Source: Mycoplasmatota bacterium (GTDB taxonomy: Bacteria; Bacillota_I; Bacilli_A; RF39; UBA660). From it: 53,995 nt of DNA. Position numbers and translations under genes: made by a program. The notes under the pieces are model-generated. The model saw only the letters and a list, made by a program, of their open reading frames with translations. It searched no databases and had not been told where the DNA came from. This document shows, one piece after another, positions 1 to 9,028 of this stretch (the stretch's first letter is position 1; each line of letters opens with the position of its first letter). The stretch spans positions 1 through 53,995 of the forward strand of contig JAWXUI010000005.1 in assembly GCA_044432805.1 (NCBI GenBank), read 5' to 3'.

Positions 1-1
1 A

Positions 2-175
2 TTAATAAATGATAAAAATGTAATTTTAAATTATAAGGAATTAACAAACAAAACATATTTTCTAAAAGAAAATGATGTGTTTAGTGTAAGAAAATATGGA
101 AAGTTTGTTTATAATAAAATCATAAAAACGACAAAGAAAGACACGTATATTATTGAATTAAAAAAGTACATTTAA
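2..175 (+). CDS. ylmH: C-terminal fragment of a YlmH-family S4-domain RNA-binding protein (truncated by the window edge)
   Basis: Frame 2 reads LINDKNVILNYKELTNKTYFLKENDVFSVRKYGKF...TTKKDTYIIELKKYI*, which fits the S4 / 'DxxSxRxxGKF...TKK' end of YlmH. Not in the ORF track. Confidence 0.75.
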   Translation, partial: LINDKNVILNYKELTNKTYFLKENDVFSVRKYGKFVYNKIIKTTKKDTYIIELKKYI

Positions 176-185
176 GTACTTTTTT
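160..185. terminator. Bidirectional intrinsic terminator between convergent genes
   Basis: AAAAAAGTAC-ATTTAA-GTACTTTTTT inverted repeat at the ylmH / coat F junction. Confidence 0.6.
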
Positions 186-478
186 TACATATCTTTTTTT
201 AATTTAGTTAAAGTTTCATTTATTTTTTTAGTTTCAGCTTCTTCTAACTGATACCATCCTAGACTAAATGATAATTCATATATTCTTCTTTGTGAATTTC
301 TAACATCATTAAAAATTTTTAATATTTTTTTATAATGTTGTTCACAAGAACACTCATTTAAGGCAATATTTAAATCAGTACTCATATTCTTTTCTACATT
401 TAAAATAGAACTTAAAATTGTTTGGTCGTTCAATCCATCCGTTTTTGGAACTTCTACTTTTTTATTACTAATTTTCAT
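185..478 (-). CDS. Spore coat protein, Coat F domain
   Basis: LNDQTILSSILNVEK...LNECS...QRRIYELSFSLGWY pattern typical of Coat F proteins. Confidence 0.8.
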   Translation of the reverse strand: MKISNKKVEVPKTDGLNDQTILSSILNVEKNMSTDLNIALNECSCEQHYKKILKIFNDVRNSQRRIYELSFSLGWYQLEEAETKKINETLTKLKKDM

Positions 479-674
479 TAAATCCTCCTAAAATTTCAAT
501 AATACTTTCACATATTTTAGTGTGCATTTTTAAAGTTTCTTCTAATTCTTTTTTTACTTCTTTTAATTCGGTCATATCTATAAATGAAATAATTTGCTTT
601 CTAGCAATGTGGTTCCATCCAAAAATATCTTCTAAATAAGATAAGTCTTTAGTTGATAACATATCTGGTGTCAT
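468..674 (-). CDS. Small spore-coat-associated protein, partner of the Coat F gene
   Basis: STKDLSYLEDIFGWN motif resembles the small helical protein found upstream of Coat F genes in Bacilli. Has an AGGAG RBS and overlaps the next gene. Confidence 0.6.
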   Translation of the reverse strand: MTPDMLSTKDLSYLEDIFGWNHIARKQIISFIDMTELKEVKKELEETLKMHTKICESIIEILGGFNEN

Positions 675-696
675 AAATCTATTCTCCTTTCTTTTT

Positions 697-725
697 TATT
701 TTGAGTTAATAATAAAAAAATATAC
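697..725 (-). promoter_or_regulatory. Candidate sigma-G (forespore) promoter of the coat F pair
   Basis: Minus strand GTATA-N17-CAAAATA fits the sigma-G consensus GHATA-N17/18-MAWAMTA. The AT-rich background lowers certainty. Confidence 0.45.
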
Positions 726-737
726 AAAAAAAAGAAA

Positions 738-1286
738 TTAAATTAATCTAATTTCATCTTCTGTATAAAATTGTTTCTTTTTATCGATATGATCATAAAA
801 TAAAATCCCATTTAAATGATCAATCTCATGTTGGAAGGCAATTGATAAATCTTCTCTAGCACGAAACTTTATTTCATTACCATCTTCATCAAAACCTTCA
901 ATAGTAACTCTTGCAAATCTTTTAACGTGTCCTTCAACTTCGCGATTAACAGATAAACATCCTTCTCCCATTTCTGCCGCTATAATTTCAGTAGAGTTAG
1001 AGATGATTTTAGGGTTGATAACTACATAATTATCAAATAATCCTTCTTCAGCTTCGTGAACCACAACTATTATTCGTTTATTTCTTCCTAATTGTGGAAA
1101 CGCTAAACCCATACCAGGTCTTAATTTATACTTTTTAGCGTAATCATCGATTTGACTATAAGTTAGGTGATCTATGATATTTTGAATTATATCTTTTTCT
1201 TCTTTTGATAAAGGAAAAATTACATCTTTACTAATAGTTCTTAATCTCTCATCATTATCCTCTAAAATTTTTAACTTTTTAAACAT
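738..1286 (-). CDS. def: Peptide deformylase
   Basis: GMGLAFPQLG, EGCLSV and QHEIDHLNG motifs. Confidence 0.97.
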   Translation of the reverse strand: MFKKLKILEDNDERLRTISKDVIFPLSKEEKDIIQNIIDHLTYSQIDDYAKKYKLRPGMGLAFPQLGRNKRIIVVVHEAEEGLFDNYVVINPKIISNSTEIIAAEMGEGCLSVNREVEGHVKRFARVTIEGFDEDGNEIKFRAREDLSIAFQHEIDHLNGILFYDHIDKKKQFYTEDEIRLI

Positions 1287-1447
1287 ACATTCACCTCAAA
1301 ACATATATATATTAACATAAAATATGAAATAAATCAAACTTAGTAGTTTTTGTCTGTTTTTGTCTATTCTATTGAAGTCTTCGTAATTTTATAGTAATAT
1401 ATAACATATAGTAGATGATTAATTTACAACTTAATAGGAGATAAAAT

Positions 1448-3220
1448 ATGAACGATAATAAAAAAGAAAGAATAACTGAAATTGATGAAGTTTTAAATAT
1501 AATATTAAATGCTAGTGACAATAATTCTAAAAATGGAATAACTGATTCAATTGGTAGAACAACTAAAGATACAAATAATTATGTCCAAAATGGTGATGCT
1601 GATTTAAAAAATCACCAAATAAATTTAAATGACTTAAAAGATGATGAGGTAAAAGTTAATAATAATATTTCAAGAAATAGATTATCAAAAAAGAAGAAAG
1701 TTATTTTTATTGTAATTCCTATTTTATTTGTTTTAAGCATGATAATTTTTATTTTGGTAAGTAACAATGATTTTTTTTGCAAGTCAGAAGAAATAAATAA
1801 TTTTTTAATTAGTAATGGCGAAAAATATGCTTTATTTAATTCAAATGGTGAACAATTAACTGAATTTATATATGATTCTTCTTATAACTCATATATAAAT
1901 GGAGGAATAATACTCTCAAGAGATAATATTGATGTATTAATTGATAAAGAAGGAAAAGAAGTTTTGGTTGGCAATGAAGATTCTTATTTATTTATAAAAG
2001 GTATACTTTATTCGTTTTTAAATAATGATGAAAATGACGAAATAATATCGGGATTATATGCTGGAAATGGAGAATTAATATATAGTAATGAATATAATGT
2101 ATTAAGTTTTTTGGGGTCTGTAACCAATTATTATGATGATGATTATGCAATTATAACAGATGATTTAAATATTATTGTTTTAAATTATAAATATGAAGAA
2201 ATTTTAGAAATTGAAAAACCTGATTCAAGCGATAATATATACGCTTATAGTGATGATGGATATCTTTCTTTAAATAGTAACAATTATTTTTATTTAATTG
2301 ATTTAGAAAACGCAAAAGTAGTTTTTGAAGAAGAAACGGAAATACAATATGATGTAAATGTTGATGATGTTGGAAATATATTTTTAAGCCAACGCTACAT
2401 ATATGGCGAAAATAATGAATCGTTTATTTTTCTTGATAATGATTATAATAAAATAAATTATGATGAGAAATGTTTTTCTTTTTCTACAATATCTGGAAGT
2501 AATTCTTTGTATCAATGTAAAACATCTACCGGAACTTATTATTTAACAGAAAAATTTTTAATAAATGAATTAAATGTAGTATATGAATATTCTTATAATA
2601 GTTATGTATATTTACAAGATGATAATTATTATATTTATCATAATGGAAAAACAACAGAAATAATAGGCGCTGATTCTTTTATTTCAAATAATACCTCAGG
2701 TTATTATCAATTTAAATATAATGGAATAGATAAAAAAACTATTTTATATAACCATGATGGAACATTAATAGCAGAATTAGAAGGAAATATATCAAGCATT
2801 GATATAACTGATAATGATATGTTTATAATAAAAGAATATATTAGTGGAGGTGAATATGAATATAGTATTTTATCATCTTCTGGAGATTTAATAGTCAAAT
2901 CCAATGACATTTTATCAGCATTCAAAACTAATGTCTTCTACGCAAGAACTAATAACACAATTGATAATTATGATTCATATTTAATTAATAGTAATGGTGA
3001 TGTTATAACCGATCTATACCTAAGAATAACAAATGTAACTTCTGATTACTACTACGCAGAAGGGGAAGTGAACTGTCTAATTAATGAAGTTGGGGAAGTA
3101 ATAGTCAATGAAGTTGATAATTATGTGACATACAATAATTATATAAAAATTGAAAAGAACAATGGTGACATTGAATATTACACATTAGATTTTAAATTGT
3201 TTTACACATTAACAAAATAA
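1448..3220 (+). CDS. Membrane-anchored extracellular beta-repeat protein (WG-repeat-like)
   Basis: Single TM helix near aa 85-105, then repeated [YF]xLIxxxGxxI units (KYALFNSNGEQL, YSILSSSGDLI, YLINSNGDVI). Confidence 0.6.
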   Translation: MNDNKKERITEIDEVLNIILNASDNNSKNGITDSIGRTTKDTNNYVQNGDADLKNHQINLNDLKDDEVKVNNNISRNRLSKKKKVIFIVIPILFVLSMIIFILVSNNDFFCKSEEINNFLISNGEKYALFNSNGEQLTEFIYDSSYNSYINGGIILSRDNIDVLIDKEGKEVLVGNEDSYLFIKGILYSFLNNDENDEIISGLYAGNGELIYSNEYNVLSFLGSVTNYYDDDYAIITDDLNIIVLNYKYEEILEIEKPDSSDNIYAYSDDGYLSLNSNNYFYLIDLENAKVVFEEETEIQYDVNVDDVGNIFLSQRYIYGENNESFIFLDNDYNKINYDEKCFSFSTISGSNSLYQCKTSTGTYYLTEKFLINELNVVYEYSYNSYVYLQDDNYYIYHNGKTTEIIGADSFISNNTSGYYQFKYNGIDKKTILYNHDGTLIAELEGNISSIDITDNDMFIIKEYISGGEYEYSILSSSGDLIVKSNDILSAFKTNVFYARTNNTIDNYDSYLINSNGDVITDLYLRITNVTSDYYYAEGEVNCLINEVGEVIVNEVDNYVTYNNYIKIEKNNGDIEYYTLDFKLFYTLTK

Positions 3221-3270
3221 ATATATAAAAAAAAGAAAATAATTTCTTTTTTCTTTTTATTTAAAAAATA

Positions 3271-3417
3271 TTAATTATTACAAGCTCGAGCTCCAATTAT
3301 TATAACAAGTAATATAAATAATACTAAGATAATAGCAGCACCATTATTTCCACATCCTGTGTTACAGCAACCATTTTGACCACAACCATATCCTTGATAT
3401 CCTCCGTAGTAATACAT
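3271..3417 (-). CDS. YjcZ/SscA-family sporulation peptide, 48 aa
   Basis: Manual translation MYYYGGYQGYGCGQNGCCNTGCGNNGAAIILVLFILLVIIIGARACNN with the hallmark 'LVLFILLVIIG' segment and a strong AGGAGG RBS. Not in the ORF track. Confidence 0.9.
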   Translation of the reverse strand: MYYYGGYQGYGCGQNGCCNTGCGNNGAAIILVLFILLVIIIGARACNN

Positions 3418-3546
3418 AATTTTCCCTCCTTTTATAATATAGTTTATTATATTAATGTAAATGTGTTTATAAAATCAGTCTATTTTAATAAATTTATTTA
3501 TTAAATAAATTAAATATGTTATGCTATATAAGAGAGTAGGGGTAAG

Positions 3547-4689
3547 ATGATAAAAAAAACTTTACAAAATATGGATAAGACACTATTATTTTTTACTTTA
3601 TTCATGGTAATTTTAGGAACTTTTAACTTAGTTACAGCATCAAGTAGAGAAGCTGTTGGCTTAGATGTTTCGCTTTATTATTATTTTTATAGACAGTTAA
3701 TTTTTTTAGGAATTTGTCTAATTGCGAGTTTTTTTATCTTTGCCATTCCTACATCATCATATAAAAAATTTGTTAAATACGCCTTTATTGCAATTTTATC
3801 ATTGCTATTATATGCGCTACTTTCTTCCAATAGAGGAGCCGGAAACTGGGTAGATTTTATTATAACGTTTCAACCAAGTGAATTAGGAAAACCGGTAATT
3901 ATAATCACTCTTGCTTGTTTCTTTGAAAAATATTATAAAAAACTAAAAAAGCCACCAAAAACAGATGATGAGAAGCGAAATTATTTATATTTAATTGGTT
4001 CGGCTGTCTTTATTTCATTAATATTTCCGACTGTTATCTTCTTGCAAAAAGACTTTGGAACAATGTTAATAATGTGTGGAATAATTTTTACAATATTTGC
4101 TGCAAGTCCAATAGTATTTTATTATAAAATAAGGATGTTTTTGTTGATTATTGTGTCAGTTGTAATTGGATTTGTTATGATATTTGTCCTTGATTTACCA
4201 ATATTATCAGAAGAACAACTTTCAAGATTTGATTTTTTTAATCCATGTGAAAGTTATGAATCTGATGGATATCAAACATGTAATGGATACATTGCTATAA
4301 ATGATGGTGGCTTACTTGGATTAGGAATTGGTAAGAGTAAACAAAAATATTCATATATACCAGAACCTCATACTGACTCTGTATTTGCCATTTTTGTAGA
4401 AGAATGGGGAGTATTAATGGGTGTTATAGTATTAATAATCTATTTAATAATTTTAAAAAGAGTTTTATTAATTTCTGGAAAAGCAAAAACTGTAAGAGGT
4501 GAATTAATCGCGCTAGGCGTCGCCGTATATATATTCTTGCATATATTGATTAATTTAGGTGGACTTTTTGGTATTATGCCACTTACTGGAGTTCCGCTTC
4601 CATTTTTATCGTATGGTGGAACATTTACAGTTTCAATGATATGTATGATAATGATCGTGCAAAAAATCAATATTGAATCAAAAAAATAA
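3547..4689 (+). CDS. SEDS family peptidoglycan glycosyltransferase (FtsW/RodA/SpoVE)
   Basis: FQPSELGK, QKDFGT, PEPHTDSVF and TGVPLPFLSYGG motifs; polytopic membrane protein. Confidence 0.95.
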   Translation: MIKKTLQNMDKTLLFFTLFMVILGTFNLVTASSREAVGLDVSLYYYFYRQLIFLGICLIASFFIFAIPTSSYKKFVKYAFIAILSLLLYALLSSNRGAGNWVDFIITFQPSELGKPVIIITLACFFEKYYKKLKKPPKTDDEKRNYLYLIGSAVFISLIFPTVIFLQKDFGTMLIMCGIIFTIFAASPIVFYYKIRMFLLIIVSVVIGFVMIFVLDLPILSEEQLSRFDFFNPCESYESDGYQTCNGYIAINDGGLLGLGIGKSKQKYSYIPEPHTDSVFAIFVEEWGVLMGVIVLIIYLIILKRVLLISGKAKTVRGELIALGVAVYIFLHILINLGGLFGIMPLTGVPLPFLSYGGTFTVSMICMIMIVQKINIESKK

Positions 4690-4755
4690 ATTTAATATGT
4701 AAAAAAAATAAAAACAATGATATAATTAATTTATAATATATTAGGAGGTAACATT

Positions 4756-6105
4756 ATGAGATGTTTAAAATGTAATTATGAAAATCAAAATGGTAGTCGA
4801 TTTTGTGAAAACTGTGGTTCACCGATAGACATAAACCAACAACCAATGCAAGAAAACAATATGCAACAACCTGTTCAACAACCTATGCAACAACCTATAC
4901 AAGAAAACAATATGCAACAACCTGTTCAAAATAATTATTCGGTATTAAATCAACCAAATAATATTCAAAATTCTAATAAAAAACCTAATGATTTAGTTGA
5001 AAAAATAAAAAAAATACCAATGCAAGTAAAAATAATTATAATATTAATTATAGCAATTGCAGGAGGATTAATTTATTATTTAAATTATTTAAAACCAGAA
5101 AATACTGCTCTTAGATGTTTAAATTATACAGATGTAGAAGATGCAGATAAATTAATTGCTTGTTTTAGCGGTGGAGAATATATTGAAAATCCATACACAA
5201 CAAAAGAAGAGTTTGATGCTTTATATGAAGCAGAAAAAGAAGATATAATGTATATGTTTGATTATTCAAGTTATGGAGTTGCAACTTCTTACTCTGTTTT
5301 AGATGCTGAAGTAAATGATGATATTGCTACATTAACTGTAAAAATGACTTATACATATGATGACGAAACAGAAACAGAAACTGAAACGATAACTATGATA
5401 AAATCAAAAGAATTTTTAATTTTTGAAACATGGATATTTGAAGAATCTATATTAGATTTATATGAAACTGATATTGAAGTAACAGTACCATCAGGTACAG
5501 AACTTTATATTAATGATGTTTTAGTAAGTGATAGTTTAAAAACAGAGGAAGAAAGTTACGATTTATATACAATAGAATCTCTTCTTGATACTGAACATAA
5601 TTTTAAAGTTAAATCAAACGGTACGACATTAATTGATGAAGATAAAGATTATTTCTATTATTTAGATTTTACATCAATATCTACTTCTGATTTTGAAGAT
5701 TTAGATCTTATGGAAGAAAATATACTAGATATAGTAAATGACTTATATAGTGGTATTCTAGATGAAAAAGCATTTTCTGATTTAAAAGATAACTTTTCTG
5801 ATATCGAAATTGATAGTTTAGAAGATAATTATGATGAATTATATGAAGATATATCAACATATTATTATGGAACATTAACATACTTTAATGCTACTGATGT
5901 AATAGTTTCATCAATTGAATTTAAAAATAGTTATTATTTAGTAACATTTAAATTAGAACATGATTATACTGTTGAGTATAAAGAAGAAGTTTATGAAAAA
6001 ACTGATGAAATTGATTATTATCAATCATTATACATAGTAAAAGAAGGAAATAGCTATGTATTAGTTGATATTGACGATATTCCATCATATTTTACAAGAT
6101 ATTAA
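4756..6105 (+). CDS. Zinc-ribbon membrane protein, TcaA-like architecture
   Basis: N-terminal CxxC-x10-FCxxCG, Q/P/N-rich linker, one TM helix, acidic extracellular region. Confidence 0.7.
   Translation: MRCLKCNYENQNGSRFCENCGSPIDINQQPMQENNMQQPVQQPMQQPIQENNMQQPVQNNYSVLNQPNNIQNSNKKPNDLVEKIKKIPMQVKIIIILIIAIAGGLIYYLNYLKPENTALRCLNYTDVEDADKLIACFSGGEYIENPYTTKEEFDALYEAEKEDIMYMFDYSSYGVATSYSVLDAEVNDDIATLTVKMTYTYDDETETETETITMIKSKEFLIFETWIFEESILDLYETDIEVTVPSGTELYINDVLVSDSLKTEEESYDLYTIESLLDTEHNFKVKSNGTTLIDEDKDYFYYLDFTSISTSDFEDLDLMEENILDIVNDLYSGILDEKAFSDLKDNFSDIEIDSLEDNYDELYEDISTYYYGTLTYFNATDVIVSSIEFKNSYYLVTFKLEHDYTVEYKEEVYEKTDEIDYYQSLYIVKEGNSYVLVDIDDIPSYFTRY
4837..4929 (+). repeat. Intragenic direct repeat, 2 x 42 bp (period 51), encoding QQPxQENNMQQPVQ
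   Basis: caacaaccaatgcaagaaaacaatatgcaacaacctgttcaa at 4837 and a near-identical copy at 4888. Confidence 0.85.
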
Positions 6106-6118
6106 TTTCAAAATAAAC

Positions 6119-6142
6119 AAAAAGATGGATTTCCATCTTTTT
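6119..6142 (+). terminator. Intrinsic terminator
   Basis: AAAAAGATGGA-TT-TCCATCTTTTT followed by a T tract. Confidence 0.75.
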
Positions 6143-6210
6143 TTATTTATTATTATTTAATATTAAATAAATTTAATATATAATAGTATAAATGTAATTA
6201 GGAGAAAAAT

Positions 6211-6687
6211 ATGTCTAAAGTAAGTAATGTTTTATTAATGATTCAATATTTAAGTACTGGTAAAAAATACAATATAAATGAACTATCAGAATTACTCGAG
6301 GTAAGTCCAAGAATGATAAGAGTATACAAAAACGAACTAGAATTAGCAGGTATATATATACGAACTTTAAAAGGACCTTATGGAGGATATGTGCTCGAGC
6401 AAAATATTAGAATTCCTCAAAGATTTATTGTCCCAAAAGATATTAATATTGAAAATAAAAATGTATTTAACACAATTAATGTAGCAATCAAAGAAAAAAG
6501 AAAATGCACAATTGAATATCAAACAAAAGATAAAAAAATAAAAAAAAGAACAATTCATCCGTATGATTTAATTCTTTTCGGAAACGAATGGGGAGTAGCC
6601 GCGTACTGTGAATTAAAAGAAGAAATTAGACACTTTTATTTAAATCGTATAATCAGTATTAAAATTATAAACAAATATTTTAACTGA
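6211..6687 (+). CDS. Compact HTH-WYL transcriptional regulator (no WCX domain)
   Basis: N-terminal wHTH (ELSELLEVSPRMIR...GPYGGY) and WYL domain (RTIHPYDL...WGVAAYCELKEEIRHFYLNRI). Confidence 0.88.
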   Translation: MSKVSNVLLMIQYLSTGKKYNINELSELLEVSPRMIRVYKNELELAGIYIRTLKGPYGGYVLEQNIRIPQRFIVPKDINIENKNVFNTINVAIKEKRKCTIEYQTKDKKIKKRTIHPYDLILFGNEWGVAAYCELKEEIRHFYLNRIISIKIINKYFN

Positions 6688-6750
6688 CATAAATACTTCC
6701 TATACTATTGATATAATTAATTTGTCTTAGAAGACCTATAAAGGAGTAGT

Positions 6751-7368
6751 ATGGAAAAAATAGTTTATGTAACAGGAAATTATGGAAAATATATTTCTGT
6801 AAAAGAAAAATTTGAACAAGAAAATATAGAAATCGATTTTTATAATTACGATTTCCAAGAACCAAATATAAATGATATTGAATTTGTATCAAAAAGTAAA
6901 GCAATTGAAATATATAATATATTAAAAAAACCTTGCTTTGTAGCTGACACAGGATTTTATATCAATGATTACCCTGAAATGCCGGGATATCCGGGAGCTT
7001 TTGTAAAAAGGAGCGGTGTTAGTACAGATATAGATAGTTTGCTTGAAAAACTAAAGGATACGAAAAATCGTAGCTGTTATTTTTTAGATTGTTTAACATT
7101 TTATGATGGAATAAATTTTTACGTGTTTTATGGAAAAAGCGAAGGTGACTTATCATATACACAAAAAGGAGAATATACAAAAAAAAGCAAATCAAAATTA
7201 TGGCATATATTTATTCCTAAAGGACAAAATAAAACTTTAGCGCAAATGAATGACGAAGAAAGAAATAGTTTGAATAAACATCATACATCAGCAACAATAG
7301 AATTTATTAATTGGTATAAAAATGTATATTTAAAACCAAAACAAATGAAAGTATATACTAAAAAATAA
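6751..7368 (+). CDS. Non-canonical purine NTP pyrophosphatase (Ham1/RdgB/ITPase family)
   Basis: VTGNYGK, ADTGFYI, GYPGAFVK and FIPKGQNKTLAQM motifs. The terminal SHR motif is degenerate. Confidence 0.85.
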   Translation: MEKIVYVTGNYGKYISVKEKFEQENIEIDFYNYDFQEPNINDIEFVSKSKAIEIYNILKKPCFVADTGFYINDYPEMPGYPGAFVKRSGVSTDIDSLLEKLKDTKNRSCYFLDCLTFYDGINFYVFYGKSEGDLSYTQKGEYTKKSKSKLWHIFIPKGQNKTLAQMNDEERNSLNKHHTSATIEFINWYKNVYLKPKQMKVYTKK

Positions 7369-7410
7369 TAAATATGATAAAATAGAAATCAAATGAAAAG
7401 AGGATTTAAA

Positions 7411-8148
7411 ATGGACAAAGACGTTATTGGAATAATTATAGCAATGGAAGAAGAACTGAATGAAATTCAAAAAGTTGTAGAAAATAAAGAAACTATTAAA
7501 ATATATGATTTAGAATTTATAAAAGGGACAATTAATAATACAAACTGTATAATGGTTAAATGTGGTGTTGGAAAAGTAAATGCAGGACGTGTAACCCAAA
7601 TTTTAATTGATAAATTTAGTCCATTATATATATTAAATTTAGGAACTGCAGGTGCTATTAATGAATCATTAAATATCGGAGATGTCATTATTGCACATAA
7701 AGTAGTTCAACACGATTTTGATATAACAGCATTCAATCATCAAAAAGGATATATTCCAAATGTAGGAGTATTTATGGAATCTGATGAAGAATTAATAAAA
7801 AAATCAAAAACATTAATAAATCAATTTAAAAAAGAAAAAGATTATATAAATGACGAAATTAATAAGAGAAATTCCGATTTTTCTATTGATTTGGGAGTTG
7901 TAGCGTCAGGTGATATATTCTGTGAATCAAAAAAAATGAAAGAAAAAATTTATACAAAATTTAATGCTGATGTCGTTGACATGGAATGTGCTGCCATATC
8001 GCAAGTAGCTAAACTATGTGGTATACCATTTTTAACAATAAGATGTATTTCAGATATTCCAAATGGGAAAAATAATTATACGTTCGATGAAAATTTAGAG
8101 TTTGCATCTTATAGATGTTCACTTATACTAAAAAAAATATGTGAGTAA
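7411..8148 (+). CDS. mtnN: 5'-methylthioadenosine/S-adenosylhomocysteine nucleosidase
   Basis: IGIIIAMEEE, CGVGKVNA, SGDIF, DMECAAI, RCISD motifs. Start moved to the ATG after the GAGG RBS. Confidence 0.95.
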   Translation: MDKDVIGIIIAMEEELNEIQKVVENKETIKIYDLEFIKGTINNTNCIMVKCGVGKVNAGRVTQILIDKFSPLYILNLGTAGAINESLNIGDVIIAHKVVQHDFDITAFNHQKGYIPNVGVFMESDEELIKKSKTLINQFKKEKDYINDEINKRNSDFSIDLGVVASGDIFCESKKMKEKIYTKFNADVVDMECAAISQVAKLCGIPFLTIRCISDIPNGKNNYTFDENLEFASYRCSLILKKICE

Positions 8149-8187
8149 CATATTTTTTAATTATATAAATATAAAAAAATTAACAAC

Positions 8188-8286
8188 CTAAATAGTTATT
8201 AATCCTGCTATAAATGAAAAAATCATTGCAAATAACATAATAGAGACAACAATTCTTTTTCTTCTTAATGCTTTTTTCTTGTTCAT
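8188..8286 (-). CDS. Small membrane peptide, 32 aa (DUF4044/Prli42-like architecture)
   Basis: MNKKKALRRKRIVVSIMLFAMIFSFIAGLITI: basic N-terminus plus one TM helix, GAGGTG RBS. Not in the ORF track. Confidence 0.65.
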   Translation of the reverse strand: MNKKKALRRKRIVVSIMLFAMIFSFIAGLITI

Positions 8287-8373
8287 GATATACACCTCAC
8301 TATAATTATAATATATTTTATAAAAATTTGGAATAAAAATAATCTTTTTTAATAATATTTATTGAGGTGACTT

Positions 8374-9003
8374 ATGAAAAAAATTATGGACAAGTTTATA
8401 AAAATAAGTAAAACTAGTAAAAATTACAGAATATTTTTCATAACTTTCTTAATAATTGGATTGTTATTTGGATCAATATTTGCTCTTTTAATTAGTAATA
8501 ATGATAGTATTTTAGTTAATGAATATTTAGTAAGCTACTTTGATAATTTATTAAATAATGATTTAGATATTCTAAACTTTATGATTTCAAATAACTTAAA
8601 CTACCTAGTAATAATAATATCATTATGGATATTAGGATATTCAATAATTGGAATACCGATAAGTATATTTATATTATTTGCTAAAAATTTTATTCTAGGT
8701 TTTTCCGTTTGTTCAATATTAATTAATTATGGATTTAAAGGGATATTGTTATCATTATTTTATATAATACCTTGTCAATTAATCTATCTATTTATTATTT
8801 ATATCTTATTTTATTATTCTAATATTATATCTAAAAAATTTATAAAAGCTTTTATAAAAAAAGAAACAATAAATTTTAAACATATAAATAATATATATAT
8901 ATACGTTTTAATAATATGTATAATTTTTAACTTTATAAACTCAATTTTATTATTAATACAAAATCAAATAATATTTAAAAATCTTTTAACATTACTTTTT
9001 TAG
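8374..9003 (+). CDS. spoIIM: Stage II sporulation protein M
   Basis: WILGYSIIGIPI...KNFILGFSV...IIP pattern, about 210 aa, polytopic membrane protein. Confidence 0.85.
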   Translation: MKKIMDKFIKISKTSKNYRIFFITFLIIGLLFGSIFALLISNNDSILVNEYLVSYFDNLLNNDLDILNFMISNNLNYLVIIISLWILGYSIIGIPISIFILFAKNFILGFSVCSILINYGFKGILLSLFYIIPCQLIYLFIIYILFYYSNIISKKFIKAFIKKETINFKHINNIYIYVLIICIIFNFINSILLLIQNQIIFKNLLTLLF

Positions 9004-9028
9004 TGGTATAATTAACTAAGGTGATTTT

